From Candidatus Enteromonas sp. (GTDB lineage Bacteria; Bacillota_I; Bacilli_A; RFN20; CAG-826): a DNA stretch of 64,000 nt. The notes below the pieces were generated by a model. The model was given only the letters and a program-made list of their open reading frames with translations, searched no databases and was not told the origin of the DNA. This document shows positions 29,298-41,832 of the stretch, in pieces (within the stretch, counting starts at the first letter, position 1; every line of letters begins with the position of its first letter). A program made the position numbers and the translations under genes. Location of the stretch: positions 2,898 to 66,897 of the forward strand of contig JBNMGG010000006.1 in the NCBI GenBank assembly GCA_050872145.1. The letters run 5' to 3'.

Positions 29298-31078
29298 ATC
29301 ATCTTTCCTTTTTTCTTAGCAGAACGAGACATAACGGCTTGGGTGATGATCGTCTGAAGCATCGAGATGATGCCGCCGATCAACCAATAGATTCCCATGG
29401 CGGCCGGAAGCATGAAGCCCATGAAGATCGTGAAGACCAACATGACGATCATCATGATACGACCTTGCTTGTTCGCTTCGTTGGCGGCCGGGTTTTTGCC
29501 CATTTTGGAGATTTTCTTGGTCTTCGAATTGGCGAGCATCTTCGGAAGCATCATGGCCAAAACCTGAACGCCGGCCATGAGGAGGAAGAGGACGAGGGCC
29601 GTCCACCAGCCCGTGGAGTTGAGGTACCACGTGCCGGAAACATTGAACAACGTCTCGCGGATGGTGTCCGACAAACGGAGATTCAGCATAGACCCAGAAG
29701 AGAGGGCGGCGCTGCCGTCAAGGCCCGACCAAACGCAGATGAAGACCGGGAACTGGATGATGAGGGTGAGGATCTGACCCATCGGGTTGATCTTATTCCT
29801 CTTATAAAGGGCCATCTGCTCTTGGCTGAGGCGTGCTTTTTCGGCCTGGTTGGTGTTGGAATTCGGATATTTTTCCTGCAGTTTCGCGATCTGCGGCTGC
29901 AGGTTCTGCATCTTCTGCTGGTCCAACGTGTTCTTGAAGGTGGCCGCAAGGAGCAATCCGCGGACGATCAAAGTGACGAAGACGAGGGCGAGAAGCTGGC
30001 TCCACCCGGTGAGGGAGGCATCCATTCCGAAGGCGAAGGTATCGACCATCCAGGAAATCGGATAGACGAGCAAACCTTCCAAGAAGCCTTTGCTCCAAGC
30101 ATATCCCCAATCCTTGGCGGTGATGTCGACTTGCCAGTCCCTGCCGGGGCCGTAGTGGCCATAAGTTCCGGTGCGGGTGGCGATGCAGGTGCGGATCGTG
30201 TTGACCTTGGTGAGGGCGTTGTTCTTGTAAAGAAGGGCAAAATCCTCATTGGGGCAACCGTCCATCCCAAGGCCGGCGTCAGTGGTGTTCTTGAACAAAT
30301 CGGCTGTCCAAGCGTTGAAATGGCCGAAAAGCTCGTCTTCCAAGCCGGTGAATTTCACGTATCCATACCGGCGGAGCAAGGAATGATCGTAGTCAATCGC
30401 GTGGGCATCGTTCCCATCGGTGTCTTCTTCCAAATAGGGGTTGATGTACCAAACCCCAGTTTCGGAGGCGATGGAATCGACAGTGGCCTGATCGATGGTC
30501 GCATCCCCGGTCGCCCCGGCGATTTTGATCCCGGAAACGAAGCTGGAGGGGACGTTAACGAAGTCGCCGATGCCCGAGTAGGAGCTCGAAACCGTGGTGA
30601 TCGTGCTGTCTTCGTAGGCGGCTTGGGTGATCGCGGCTTTCAAAGCGTAGTCGTCGATCGCGGCCCAATATTGGATGGAAGGGAGGGCGCACCCCTTCGA
30701 CGCGGCGGTGGAAAGAATGGTCCCCTGAAGCAGGGAAGCGGCTTTCTTGGCCGTGTAGGTATAAACGGTGTCCGCCTCCGTGAAGGGGACGTACTTATAG
30801 ATTTCTTCGTTATCGGCGAGGGCTTTCCCAGCGACGGAGGTCCCGCCAAACGTCATGGACTCTTCCAGGGCGATGAGTTCCTTGGTGGACTCGCCCTCCT
30901 TCAACTGCTGATATTTATCCTTGCTGACGTAAACCGTGACGCCCTGCTCATAGGGATAAAGCATCCTGGCTTTGTCCGAATCCGAGCAGAAGTTCTGCGT
31001 GCAGGATGAAAGCAAAGCAACGCCAAGTCCGAGCGTTGCGATCCCCAGCAGTTTCTTTTTCAAGTTGTGCTTATTCAA
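29294..31078 (-). CDS. yidC: membrane protein insertase YidC, lipoprotein form with a long extracytoplasmic N-domain
   Basis: 594 aa. Lipobox LLSSC near residue 25, roughly 330 aa of soluble domain, then the YidC core (PISWMVD...LLALVFVTLIVRGLL...QPQIAKLQEKY...NPMG). Confidence 0.9.
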   Translation of the reverse strand: MNKHNLKKKLLGIATLGLGVALLSSCTQNFCSDSDKARMLYPYEQGVTVYVSKDKYQQLKEGESTKELIALEESMTFGGTSVAGKALADNEEIYKYVPFTEADTVYTYTAKKAASLLQGTILSTAASKGCALPSIQYWAAIDDYALKAAITQAAYEDSTITTVSSSYSGIGDFVNVPSSFVSGIKIAGATGDATIDQATVDSIASETGVWYINPYLEEDTDGNDAHAIDYDHSLLRRYGYVKFTGLEDELFGHFNAWTADLFKNTTDAGLGMDGCPNEDFALLYKNNALTKVNTIRTCIATRTGTYGHYGPGRDWQVDITAKDWGYAWSKGFLEGLLVYPISWMVDTFAFGMDASLTGWSQLLALVFVTLIVRGLLLAATFKNTLDQQKMQNLQPQIAKLQEKYPNSNTNQAEKARLSQEQMALYKRNKINPMGQILTLIIQFPVFICVWSGLDGSAALSSGSMLNLRLSDTIRETLFNVSGTWYLNSTGWWTALVLFLLMAGVQVLAMMLPKMLANSKTKKISKMGKNPAANEANKQGRIMMIVMLVFTIFMGFMLPAAMGIYWLIGGIISMLQTIITQAVMSRSAKKKGKMI

Positions 31079-31412
31079 TTGCGGTGTCCTTTATTTGAGC
31101 GAGAGCTTTTGCGAGCTCTTCTTCGTTCCCTTGCTTCTGTAAAGGCGAGAAGCTCGGGCGGATGACGATGATTAAGTTCAAGCGGGGTTTCCCGTCGAAA
31201 TGGCGAGAGACCATCGCCCGGACCTGCCTTTTGATGCGGACCCGTGTGACGGCGTTTCCGTTTTTCTTGGAAACGGCCAGCCCGATTCGAGCGTGGGGCT
31301 GGTCCTCTGCCTTTTCGACATAGATGGTGTAATGCGGGGTTTTCACCTTCGCTCCAGCATGAATGATGCGATCGAATTCGCGGTGTTTCCTAACCCGATA
31401 TTCTTTCTTCAT
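31071..31412 (-). CDS. rnpA: ribonuclease P protein component
   Basis: 113 aa, basic protein (RVRKHREFDRI...GNAVTRVRIKRQVR). Located between rpmH and yidC. Confidence 0.9.
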   Translation of the reverse strand: MKKEYRVRKHREFDRIIHAGAKVKTPHYTIYVEKAEDQPHARIGLAVSKKNGNAVTRVRIKRQVRAMVSRHFDGKPRLNLIIVIRPSFSPLQKQGNEEELAKALAQIKDTAIE

Positions 31413-31429
31413 GCCAAAGGTGCCAAAAC

Positions 31430-31567
31430 TTAAGCGGAAAGACGAGCGCGGCCCTTCGCGCGGCGACGAGCCAAAACGCGGCGTCCGCCAGGGGTGGCCA
31501 TGCGGGCGCGGAACCCGTTGACGTTGATGTGCTTCCTCTTGGAAGGCTGATAAGTTTTCTTACCCAT
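31430..31567 (-). CDS. rpmH: 50S ribosomal protein L34
   Basis: Too short for the ORF track. My translation is [50 protein letters not shown] Shine-Dalgarno. Confidence 0.95.
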   Translation of the reverse strand: MGKKTYQPSKRKHINVNGFRARMATPGGRRVLARRRAKGRARLSA

Positions 31568-31596
31568 GATTTTTCTCCTTTGCTGTAGCGGTGAAT

Positions 31597-31625
31597 ATTA
31601 TACGGAGGGCCTTCGATGAGCACAA
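31597..31625 (-). promoter_or_regulatory. candidate sigma-70 promoter of rpmH-rnpA-yidC-jag
   Basis: The minus strand reads TTGTGC, 17-nt spacer, TATAAT. Confidence 0.55.
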
Positions 31626-31771
31626 CGAAATTTCGCACGCGCATTTGCACGCGTACGTAAGGCTCAAAAGGCGAAAAGAAAATTCCACAAACAAGGGGAA
31701 AGACGGTTGGGGAAAGCGGGGATAAATCGAAATTCGCCCGTCCGCATCGTTTGTTTTCCCGCCATTCTTTT

Positions 31772-31956
31772 TGTGGGAAAACCCAAAAATACGGAGTTTT
31801 CCACAATCATAAAAATCACGGTTTCTTTATCCACAAGTTTTCCACAATTTAATTTTGTGAATAACTCAAAAAAGCCTCGTCGCCGTCGATATTTCTCTTT
31901 CCGATTGTGGAAAAACTAAAAAGGAGATGGTTTTTAATGAATTCCCTTGTGGAAAA
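31772..31956. other. oriC module 1: DnaA-box cluster between rpmH and dnaA
   Basis: Boxes: TTTTCCACA 31797-31805; perfect TTATCCACA 31827-31835; TTTTCCACA 31838-31846; inverted TGTGAATAA 31856-31864; TGTGGAAAA 31906-31914; TGTGGAAAA 31948-31956; weaker TGTGGGAAA 31772-31780. AT-rich spacers lie between them. Confidence 0.85.
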
Positions 31957-31985
31957 TGCTTTAATCTTGGTCAGGAAATCTACCT

Positions 31986-33353
31986 ATGTCCGAATCTATC
32001 TCCCAACTTACGGCGATCTGGAACCGCTCGCTGGCCCGCATCAAAACCAAACTCGACGACGATCACGTCTACGACTCTTTCTTCGACAAGAGCTACGTTG
32101 ATTCCCTCCAAGGGAACACCCTCATCGTCGCCGTGAACTCCGGCCTGGCGGTTCAAATCCTAAAAAGCACCTACACCGACTTGGTCCAGGCCTGCGTCCA
32201 AGAGGAAACCTCGTCGAATTACAAGGTCGAATTCGTCAAGCAGGATAGCCTTGGCGGAGCCCAATCCCTCGAAAAAGAGCCGAAGAAACCAGCGTTTTTC
32301 ACCGAAGCTCGCCTCGACCCGAAGTACACCTTCGACAACTTCGTCGTCGGGGAAAGCAACCGCGAGGCCTATCAAGCTTCCTTGATGATCTCCCGCAACC
32401 CAGGCGGCCTTTATAACCCCCTCCTCATCCACTCTCAGTCCGGGTTGGGGAAAACCCATCTCCTACAGGCGATTGGGAACGAGATCAAGGCCAGCAAGCC
32501 TTCCGCGAAGGTTCTTTACATCTCCGCCGCGGACTTCGTGGACGAATACATCAAATTCGCGACCGGGTCGAAGCAGGACCAGACGCTCACCCAGTATTTC
32601 AAAACGGACGTCGACACCTTGCTGATCGATGACATCCAATTCCTAATTGGCAAGTCCAAGACGATGGAGATGTTCTTTGTCGTCTTCCAGACCCTCTATA
32701 CCCAAGGCAAACAAATCGTCATCACCTCCGATCAAGACCCCAGCCGGCTGGACGGGATCGACGAGCGCCTCAAAACGCGGTTCTCCAGCGGCCTCGTCCT
32801 GCCGATTCAGAAGCCGGACTTATCCACATCCGAGGCGATTCTGCGGATGAAAATCGAAGCAAACGGGCTCAAAGCGGAGGATTTCGATGAGGACGTGATT
32901 GAGTTTTTGGCTTCCCGCTTCTCCTCCTCCGTCCGTGACCTAGAAGGATCTCTGAACCGTTTGCTGTTCTACGCGATCAACCTCGAGCCGACCAAGCACA
33001 TCACGATGGATGTGACCCGAAAGGCCATTTCCTCTCTGATTTCCGCCCAAGAAAGCGTGGGCAAGCTCAGCGAGGAGAAAATCATCTCGACCGTCGCCGA
33101 TTACTATTCCCTCACCCCCGCCCAAATCACCGGGAAGATTCGCACGAGCCGAATCGCCTTGGCCCGTCACATTGCGATGTACCTCATCCGCACCCTGCTC
33201 GACACCCCCTTCATCAAAATTGGGCAAGCCTTTGGCGGAAAGGACCACGCCACGGTGATGAATGGGGTAAACAAAGTGGAAAAGTCCCTGAAGGATGATG
33301 AAAACATGAGGGAAGCCGTAAAGGAGCTGAAATCCCGCCTAAAAGCCGAGTAG
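31986..33353 (+). CDS. dnaA: chromosomal replication initiator protein DnaA
   Basis: 455 aa. Walker A GLGKTHLLQAIG, DDIQFL, and C-terminal DNA-binding helix IALARHIAMYL. Confidence 0.98.
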   Translation: MSESISQLTAIWNRSLARIKTKLDDDHVYDSFFDKSYVDSLQGNTLIVAVNSGLAVQILKSTYTDLVQACVQEETSSNYKVEFVKQDSLGGAQSLEKEPKKPAFFTEARLDPKYTFDNFVVGESNREAYQASLMISRNPGGLYNPLLIHSQSGLGKTHLLQAIGNEIKASKPSAKVLYISAADFVDEYIKFATGSKQDQTLTQYFKTDVDTLLIDDIQFLIGKSKTMEMFFVVFQTLYTQGKQIVITSDQDPSRLDGIDERLKTRFSSGLVLPIQKPDLSTSEAILRMKIEANGLKAEDFDEDVIEFLASRFSSSVRDLEGSLNRLLFYAINLEPTKHITMDVTRKAISSLISAQESVGKLSEEKIISTVADYYSLTPAQITGKIRTSRIALARHIAMYLIRTLLDTPFIKIGQAFGGKDHATVMNGVNKVEKSLKDDENMREAVKELKSRLKAE

Positions 33354-33443
33354 TTATTTATAAATAAATAAAACCGGTTCAAAAGGATGCCGCAGCATGG
33401 TAAACTTCCGGAGGCAAAAAAGAAGTTTTCCACCAAATCCACA
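33351..33443. other. possible oriC module 2 (AT-rich tract plus two tandem degenerate DnaA boxes) in the dnaA-dnaN spacer
   Basis: tagttatttataaataaataaaa (33351-33373), then TTTTCCACC (33426-33434) directly followed by AAATCCACA (33435-43). Each box has 2 mismatches to TTATCCACA. Confidence 0.45.
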
Positions 33444-33503
33444 GACCTTATTACAATGAAGATCCGTTAAGAAAAAAATAGAAAGAAAATAAGGAGTCAA
33501 AAT

Positions 33504-34628
33504 ATGCGCTTCACCGTTTCCAAAGATCAATTCCTCAAAGCCTTGAACGCCGCTAACCACGCGGTCGCTTCCAAGAACCCCGTCCCGGCCCTCTCCAACT
33601 TCAAACTGGAGCTGAGCGAAAAGGGATTGGAGGTCACCGGATCCAATTCCGAAATCACCATCCGCTGCATCGTCCCCTACCGCCATGGGGAAGAAGAGAT
33701 TATCCGCAACGCGGGCATGGGCTCGACCCTGGTCAACGCACGTTCGCTTTTGGAGGGCGTCCGCCGCATGGAAGGCAGCCAGATCTCCATCGACGTGATC
33801 GACGAATCGATCGCCAAGGTCGGGGACGGGAAGACTTCTTATAAACTCCCGTGCGTGAAAGCCGAGGAATACCCCGACATCGATTTGGAGCCTAGCGGCA
33901 CCAGCCTCGATCTGAAATGCGCGGACCTGACGTCCCTGGTGGAGGCCACCGCTTTCGCTGCTTCCAGCAAAGAGCAGGCCCGCCCGGTCTTGACCGCCTT
34001 GAACCTCGAAGCCGAAAACGGCGAGCTGAGCGCCGTCGCCACCGACTCCGCCCGCTTGGCCAAGAAGACGATTGCCATCGATTCCGACGCCCGCTTCAAA
34101 GCCAACATCCCTTCCCGAGTCCTCGTCGACATCACTCACCTTTTCGAAGGGGCCTCGACCGTTTCCGTCTCCGTTTCCTCTTCCAAAGCCCTCTTCCGCT
34201 TCGACAACACCACCGTCTCCACCCGCCTCATCGCCGGGGACTACCCTGTCACCAAGGCGATCATCCCCCAGAATTTCAACTATTACCTCGAAGTCAACGC
34301 CAACGAGCTCCTCTCCGCGATGGGTCGCGTCTCCGTCCTTTCCATTGACCGCGAGCCCGTGGTCACTTTGACGATGAGGGAGGAATCGGTTGAAGTCTCC
34401 TCCAAGAACGACGTGGCCGGATCGGCCGAAGAAACTTTGAGCACCTGCCGCTTCACCGGCGAAAGGCTCCAAGTCAGCTTCAACTCGCTCTTCGTCAACG
34501 ACGCCATCCGCGCCCTGAAGAGCGACGACGTCACCCTTTGCTTCCAAGGCGAGATGAAGCCCTTCGTCGTCCGCGACAGCAACAATCCATCGATTGTTGA
34601 GCTGATTACCCCAATGAGGACGTATTGA
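33504..34628 (+). CDS. dnaN: DNA polymerase III beta sliding clamp
   Basis: 374 aa. MRFTVSKDQFLKALN start, three-domain length, AAGGAG Shine-Dalgarno. Confidence 0.97.
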   Translation: MRFTVSKDQFLKALNAANHAVASKNPVPALSNFKLELSEKGLEVTGSNSEITIRCIVPYRHGEEEIIRNAGMGSTLVNARSLLEGVRRMEGSQISIDVIDESIAKVGDGKTSYKLPCVKAEEYPDIDLEPSGTSLDLKCADLTSLVEATAFAASSKEQARPVLTALNLEAENGELSAVATDSARLAKKTIAIDSDARFKANIPSRVLVDITHLFEGASTVSVSVSSSKALFRFDNTTVSTRLIAGDYPVTKAIIPQNFNYYLEVNANELLSAMGRVSVLSIDREPVVTLTMREESVEVSSKNDVAGSAEETLSTCRFTGERLQVSFNSLFVNDAIRALKSDDVTLCFQGEMKPFVVRDSNNPSIVELITPMRTY

Positions 34629-34655
34629 GCCTCCAAAGGGCGAAAAAATGGTTCG

Positions 34656-34685
34656 AAAAGCGGTAGAAACGTCTACCGCTTTTTA
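34656..34685 (+). terminator. Rho-independent terminator after dnaN
   Basis: AAAAGCGGTAGA-aacg-TCTACCGCTTTT. Confidence 0.8.
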
Positions 34686-34731
34686 TTACATAGTAATAAA
34701 ATGTTCTCAAGGTCATCAGACCCATATTTTT

Positions 34732-34949
34732 ATGGAAAAGGAAAAGCGCACCGCAACGATCAGCACCGAGTACATCACCCTCGGGCAGTTATTGAAATTC
34801 GCCCACGTCATTCAGGAGGGCGGGGAGGCCAAGCATTATTTGGCCGAGCACAAAGTCCTGGTCAACGGCGAGGAAGATTCCCGCCGCGGGCGGAAGCTTC
34901 GCCCCGGGGACGTCGTGGAGGCGGAATCCCTCCGGATCGAAATCGCCTC

Positions 34950-34953
<4 letters not shown>
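34732..34953 (+). CDS. yaaA: S4-domain protein YaaA
   Basis: 73 aa. ITLGQLLKFAHVIQEGGEAKHYLAEHKVLVNGEEDSRRGRKLRPGDVV. Conserved position between dnaN and recF. Confidence 0.85.
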
Positions 34954-38070
<3,117 letters not shown>

Positions 38071-38085
38071 TAGGAGGGCATCACC

Positions 38086-40824
38086 ATGGATAACGACGAA
38101 AACAAGAAAAGAAAAGAAGACGAAGAAACGGAAGAGAAAGCCACCGACGAGGAGCTTTCCGAAGAAGCCGCTTCCTTCCTCGGCACCGGATCCAAAGAGG
38201 GTCGGCAGAGCGAGGACGCCATGTTCGGGCACGAGGCCGCCGTTTCGGGGATCATCCCCGGCATGACTGACCGCGACGTCGCCAATGAAGTCAAAACGGC
38301 CTTTCTGGACTACTCCATGTCCGTCATCATCGCCCGCGCCATCCCCGATGTGCGCGATGGCTTCAAACCGGTTCAGCGCCGCATCATCTTCGGCATGAAC
38401 GAAGCGGGCATGCAGCCGAGCAAACCCTATAAGAAATGCGCCCGCATCGTCGGCGACGTCATGGGCAAATACCACCCCCACGGCGATAGCGCCCTTTACG
38501 GCGCCTTGGTCCGCTTGGCGCAGGATTTCTCCCTCCGCTATCCCCTCGTGGATGGGCATGGGAACTTCGGCGACATCGACGGCGACGAAGCCGCCGCCAT
38601 GCGTTATACCGAGGCGAGGATGAACAAACTGTCCCTGGAGCTTGTCCGGGACATCGACTGCGACACGGTCAACTTCGTGGACAACTACGACGGGACCGAG
38701 CTTGAGCCGGAAGTCCTCCCCTGCCGCTTCCCCAACCTTTTGGTCAACGGGAGCGAAGGCATCGCGGTCGGCATGGCCACCAACATGCCGCCCCACAACC
38801 TCTCCGAGACCATCGACGCGGTCGTGGCCGTGGCCAAAAACCCGGACCTGACCCCCGAGGAAATCCTCCAAAACTATATGTTCGGGCCTGATTTTCCGAG
38901 CGGCGGCACCGTTTTGGGCCGCAAAGGCATTTTGGATTACTACCGCACCGGCGTCGGCACCGTCACCATCCGCTCCAAATACCACATCGAGGACATGGGC
39001 AATGGCAAGGAGAGGATCGTCGTCACCGAAATCCCCTACCAAGTCAACAAAGCCAACATGATCGGCACGATCGCCGACATGGTTCGTTCCAAGCAGATCG
39101 ATGGCATCACCGATGTGCGCGACGAGTCCAACAAAGAGGGCATCCGCGTCGTCATCGAGCTTCGCAAGGACGTGATTCCCGAAGTCGTCGCCAACAACCT
39201 TCTCAAGCACACGCAGCTGCAAAGCAATTTCGGCGTCATCAACCTCTGCTTGGTCGAAGGAGCCCCGAAGGTGCTCGGCATCGTTCCGCTCCTCAACAAC
39301 TACGTCAACTTCCAAGTCGACGTCCTCACCCGCAGGACCCGCTTCCTTTTGAAGCGCGACTCCGACAGGCTGCATTTGGTCGAAGGCTTGATCCTCGCCC
39401 ACGACAACATCGACGAAGTCATCCACATCATCCGCAGTTCCAAAGACGACGCGGAATCCACCGCCCGCCTCGGCGAAGCCTTCGGGCTCGACGAGAAGCA
39501 ATGCGCCGCGATTCTGGCCATGACCCTCCGCCGCCTCCAAGGCATGGAGCAAGACAAGCTCAACGCCGAGAAGGCCGAATTGGTCGCCAACATCGCCGAA
39601 TACAACCGCCTCCTCTCCTCCCGCGACAACATCGTCGACCTGCTCATCTCCGAAATCGAAGAGGTCAAGCGCCGCTTCGGCGACAAGAGGAGAACCGACA
39701 TCACCGATGAGGCCGCCGACATTGAAAACGAGGATCTCATCCCGCAAAAGAACATCCTCATCACCCTCACCCGCAACAACTACATCAAGCGGGTCGACGA
39801 CGATACCTTCGAAGCCCAGCACCGCGGCGGAAGGGGCATCACCGGCATGAAGACCACCGCCGGGGACGTCGTGCGGTTGATGTACCACACCAAGACGCAC
39901 ACCGACATCCTCTTCTTCACAAGCTTCGGCAAGGTCTACCGCCTCCGCGGCTATCAGATCCCCGATTCCGGCAGGACCGGCAAAGGGACCCCCGCGCAGA
40001 ATATCCTCAACCTCGACCGCGACGAAAAAGTCGTTTCCATCGTCCCCTGCGACGACTACCCGGAGAACAACTACCTGATCTTCGTCACCCGCAACGGGCT
40101 CATCAAGCGCACCTCCCTCCAGGAATACGCCTCCATCCACCAGAACGGCAAAATCGCCGTCGGGCTCCGCGATGGCGACGGGCTCTTCGACGTGAAGCGC
40201 ACCGACGGGAATGCCGTCATTTCCCTTGCTTCCAGCAACGGGAAGCTCGTTTCCTTCCAGGAAGAGGAAGTCCGCCCGATGGGTCGTACCGCCACGGGCA
40301 ATAAGGGCATGGATCTCTCCGATGGCTCGTCCATCGTCGGGGTCACCACTTCCCTCGAAGGCGACAAGATCTTGGTTTTGACCCGCCTTGGGTATGGCAA
40401 GATCAGCTACGCCAAAGACACGGACATCGTTTCCGAAGACGGATCCACCCGCCACTACGACGGATATCGCTTGACCCACCGCGGCGCCAAGGGCGTCACC
40501 ACGCTTAACATGACCGCCAAAAACGGGGCCTTGGTCGCGGTCCGCGCCGTCAACGGCGATGAAGACCTGCTCGTCATCACCTCGACCGGCATCGTCATCC
40601 GCACCCCACTTTCCGAAGTGAAGATCGCTGGGCGCAACACCCAAGGCGTGAAGATCATCGCCCTGGATGAGAAGGCCCAAGTCGCCTCCATTTCCATTTT
40701 GCCTCACGAAGACCCCGCCCCCGAGGGCGAAGGGGAAGAAGAGGAACCCGCGGAAGAATCCCAGGCTCCCTCTGAAGACCCCGTGACCCCCGATGAGCTG
40801 GACGCCTCCTTGGAGAACAAATAA
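38086..40824 (+). CDS. gyrA: DNA gyrase subunit A
   Basis: 912 aa. Active-site region [10 protein letters not shown], beta-pinwheel C-terminal domain, acidic tail. AGGAGG Shine-Dalgarno. Confidence 0.98.
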   Translation: MDNDENKKRKEDEETEEKATDEELSEEAASFLGTGSKEGRQSEDAMFGHEAAVSGIIPGMTDRDVANEVKTAFLDYSMSVIIARAIPDVRDGFKPVQRRIIFGMNEAGMQPSKPYKKCARIVGDVMGKYHPHGDSALYGALVRLAQDFSLRYPLVDGHGNFGDIDGDEAAAMRYTEARMNKLSLELVRDIDCDTVNFVDNYDGTELEPEVLPCRFPNLLVNGSEGIAVGMATNMPPHNLSETIDAVVAVAKNPDLTPEEILQNYMFGPDFPSGGTVLGRKGILDYYRTGVGTVTIRSKYHIEDMGNGKERIVVTEIPYQVNKANMIGTIADMVRSKQIDGITDVRDESNKEGIRVVIELRKDVIPEVVANNLLKHTQLQSNFGVINLCLVEGAPKVLGIVPLLNNYVNFQVDVLTRRTRFLLKRDSDRLHLVEGLILAHDNIDEVIHIIRSSKDDAESTARLGEAFGLDEKQCAAILAMTLRRLQGMEQDKLNAEKAELVANIAEYNRLLSSRDNIVDLLISEIEEVKRRFGDKRRTDITDEAADIENEDLIPQKNILITLTRNNYIKRVDDDTFEAQHRGGRGITGMKTTAGDVVRLMYHTKTHTDILFFTSFGKVYRLRGYQIPDSGRTGKGTPAQNILNLDRDEKVVSIVPCDDYPENNYLIFVTRNGLIKRTSLQEYASIHQNGKIAVGLRDGDGLFDVKRTDGNAVISLASSNGKLVSFQEEEVRPMGRTATGNKGMDLSDGSSIVGVTTSLEGDKILVLTRLGYGKISYAKDTDIVSEDGSTRHYDGYRLTHRGAKGVTTLNMTAKNGALVAVRAVNGDEDLLVITSTGIVIRTPLSEVKIAGRNTQGVKIIALDEKAQVASISILPHEDPAPEGEGEEEEPAEESQAPSEDPVTPDELDASLENK

Positions 40825-40830
40825 CCTTCC

Positions 40831-41832
40831 ATGAAGGTTTGCATCCACTACCCCAAGAAAAGACAAGAGACCTCCTTCGAGGGAGCCCGGCTCCGCAAGA
40901 CCCTGAAAGGGGCCTGCGAGGCCATGGGCCTCCCTTGGGAGGAGGAACTCTCCCCCACCACCGACATCGCCCATTTCCTCTCCCCTTTGGATGAGCCCAC
41001 CTTGCATAAGGCCCGCCAAAAAGGGATCAAAACCGTTTTGTCCTGCTTTTACTGCGAGAACGACCCCGACGCCGCTTTCCTCACCGGGAAGAAGGAGAAG
41101 GCCATCTCCCAGAAAAGCGTCCGGATGATGAACGAGGCCGACGTCGTCTTGGTGCCGACGGAGCAACTGGCCAAAAAAGCCCGGGATTGCGGAGCCAGCG
41201 GGAAGATCGTCGTCATGCCCCCTGGGGTGAACCTCGATCGCTTCTGCTCCAAATCGGTGGAATCGGATATCTTCCCCCGCTACTTCCGCATCCGCCCCGA
41301 GGAGAGGTTCGCCGTTTGCCTCGGCGCCTATGAGGACAAGAAAACCTTGGCTTCTCTTTGCAAGCTCGCTTCCTTGTCCCCCCAATTCACCTTTTACTTC
41401 TTCGGCTCGAAGAAAAGCCTCACCAAACGGCTTCTCACCGGGCCCATCCGCTCCCGCGCCCCGAAGAACATCGTCTTCCAGCCCATCGTGGAGGACGATC
41501 TCTACCGCAGCGCCTTGATGCACTGCCGCTGCTATCTGCTCCTTGACGATGAGCACCCCGACCAAATGGGGTTGCTGGATGCCTTCGCCTCCGGAGCCGA
41601 AGTGGTCGGCATCGGGAGCCAAGAGGTGAATCCGATTCTGAAAAACGGCGAAAATTCGCTGCTTTTCCCGACGGAGGAAGGGGCCGCCAAAGCCCTTGCT
41701 CGCCTCTACCTTGAGGAAGACAAGGCGATTATAATGGCCGGGTACGGCATCGCGGAAAGCTGCGCGCTGCCCCTGTTTGCCAAACAGCTGATCGGCGTTT
41801 ATGAAGAAACGCTGCAAAAGGAGATTGCATGA
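40831..41832 (+). CDS. GT-B glycosyltransferase (family 4-like)
   Basis: 333 aa. C-terminal nucleotide-sugar-binding region LLDAFASGAEVVGIGSQEVNPILKNGENSLLF. Starts 6 nt after gyrA and overlaps serS by 4 nt. Confidence 0.6.
   Translation: MKVCIHYPKKRQETSFEGARLRKTLKGACEAMGLPWEEELSPTTDIAHFLSPLDEPTLHKARQKGIKTVLSCFYCENDPDAAFLTGKKEKAISQKSVRMMNEADVVLVPTEQLAKKARDCGASGKIVVMPPGVNLDRFCSKSVESDIFPRYFRIRPEERFAVCLGAYEDKKTLASLCKLASLSPQFTFYFFGSKKSLTKRLLTGPIRSRAPKNIVFQPIVEDDLYRSALMHCRCYLLLDDEHPDQMGLLDAFASGAEVVGIGSQEVNPILKNGENSLLFPTEEGAAKALARLYLEEDKAIIMAGYGIAESCALPLFAKQLIGVYEETLQKEIA

Noticed and set aside
31390-31806. 138-aa minus-strand ORF across rpmH and the origin region
   Set aside because: It reads rpmH out of frame and runs through the promoter and DnaA-box region. 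The genuine product in this region is the 45-aa L34.
41700-41832. T-box or other riboswitch leaders upstream of serS and metG
   Set aside because: serS overlaps the preceding gene. The metG leader is only about 40 nt, with one small hairpin. There is no room for a T-box.
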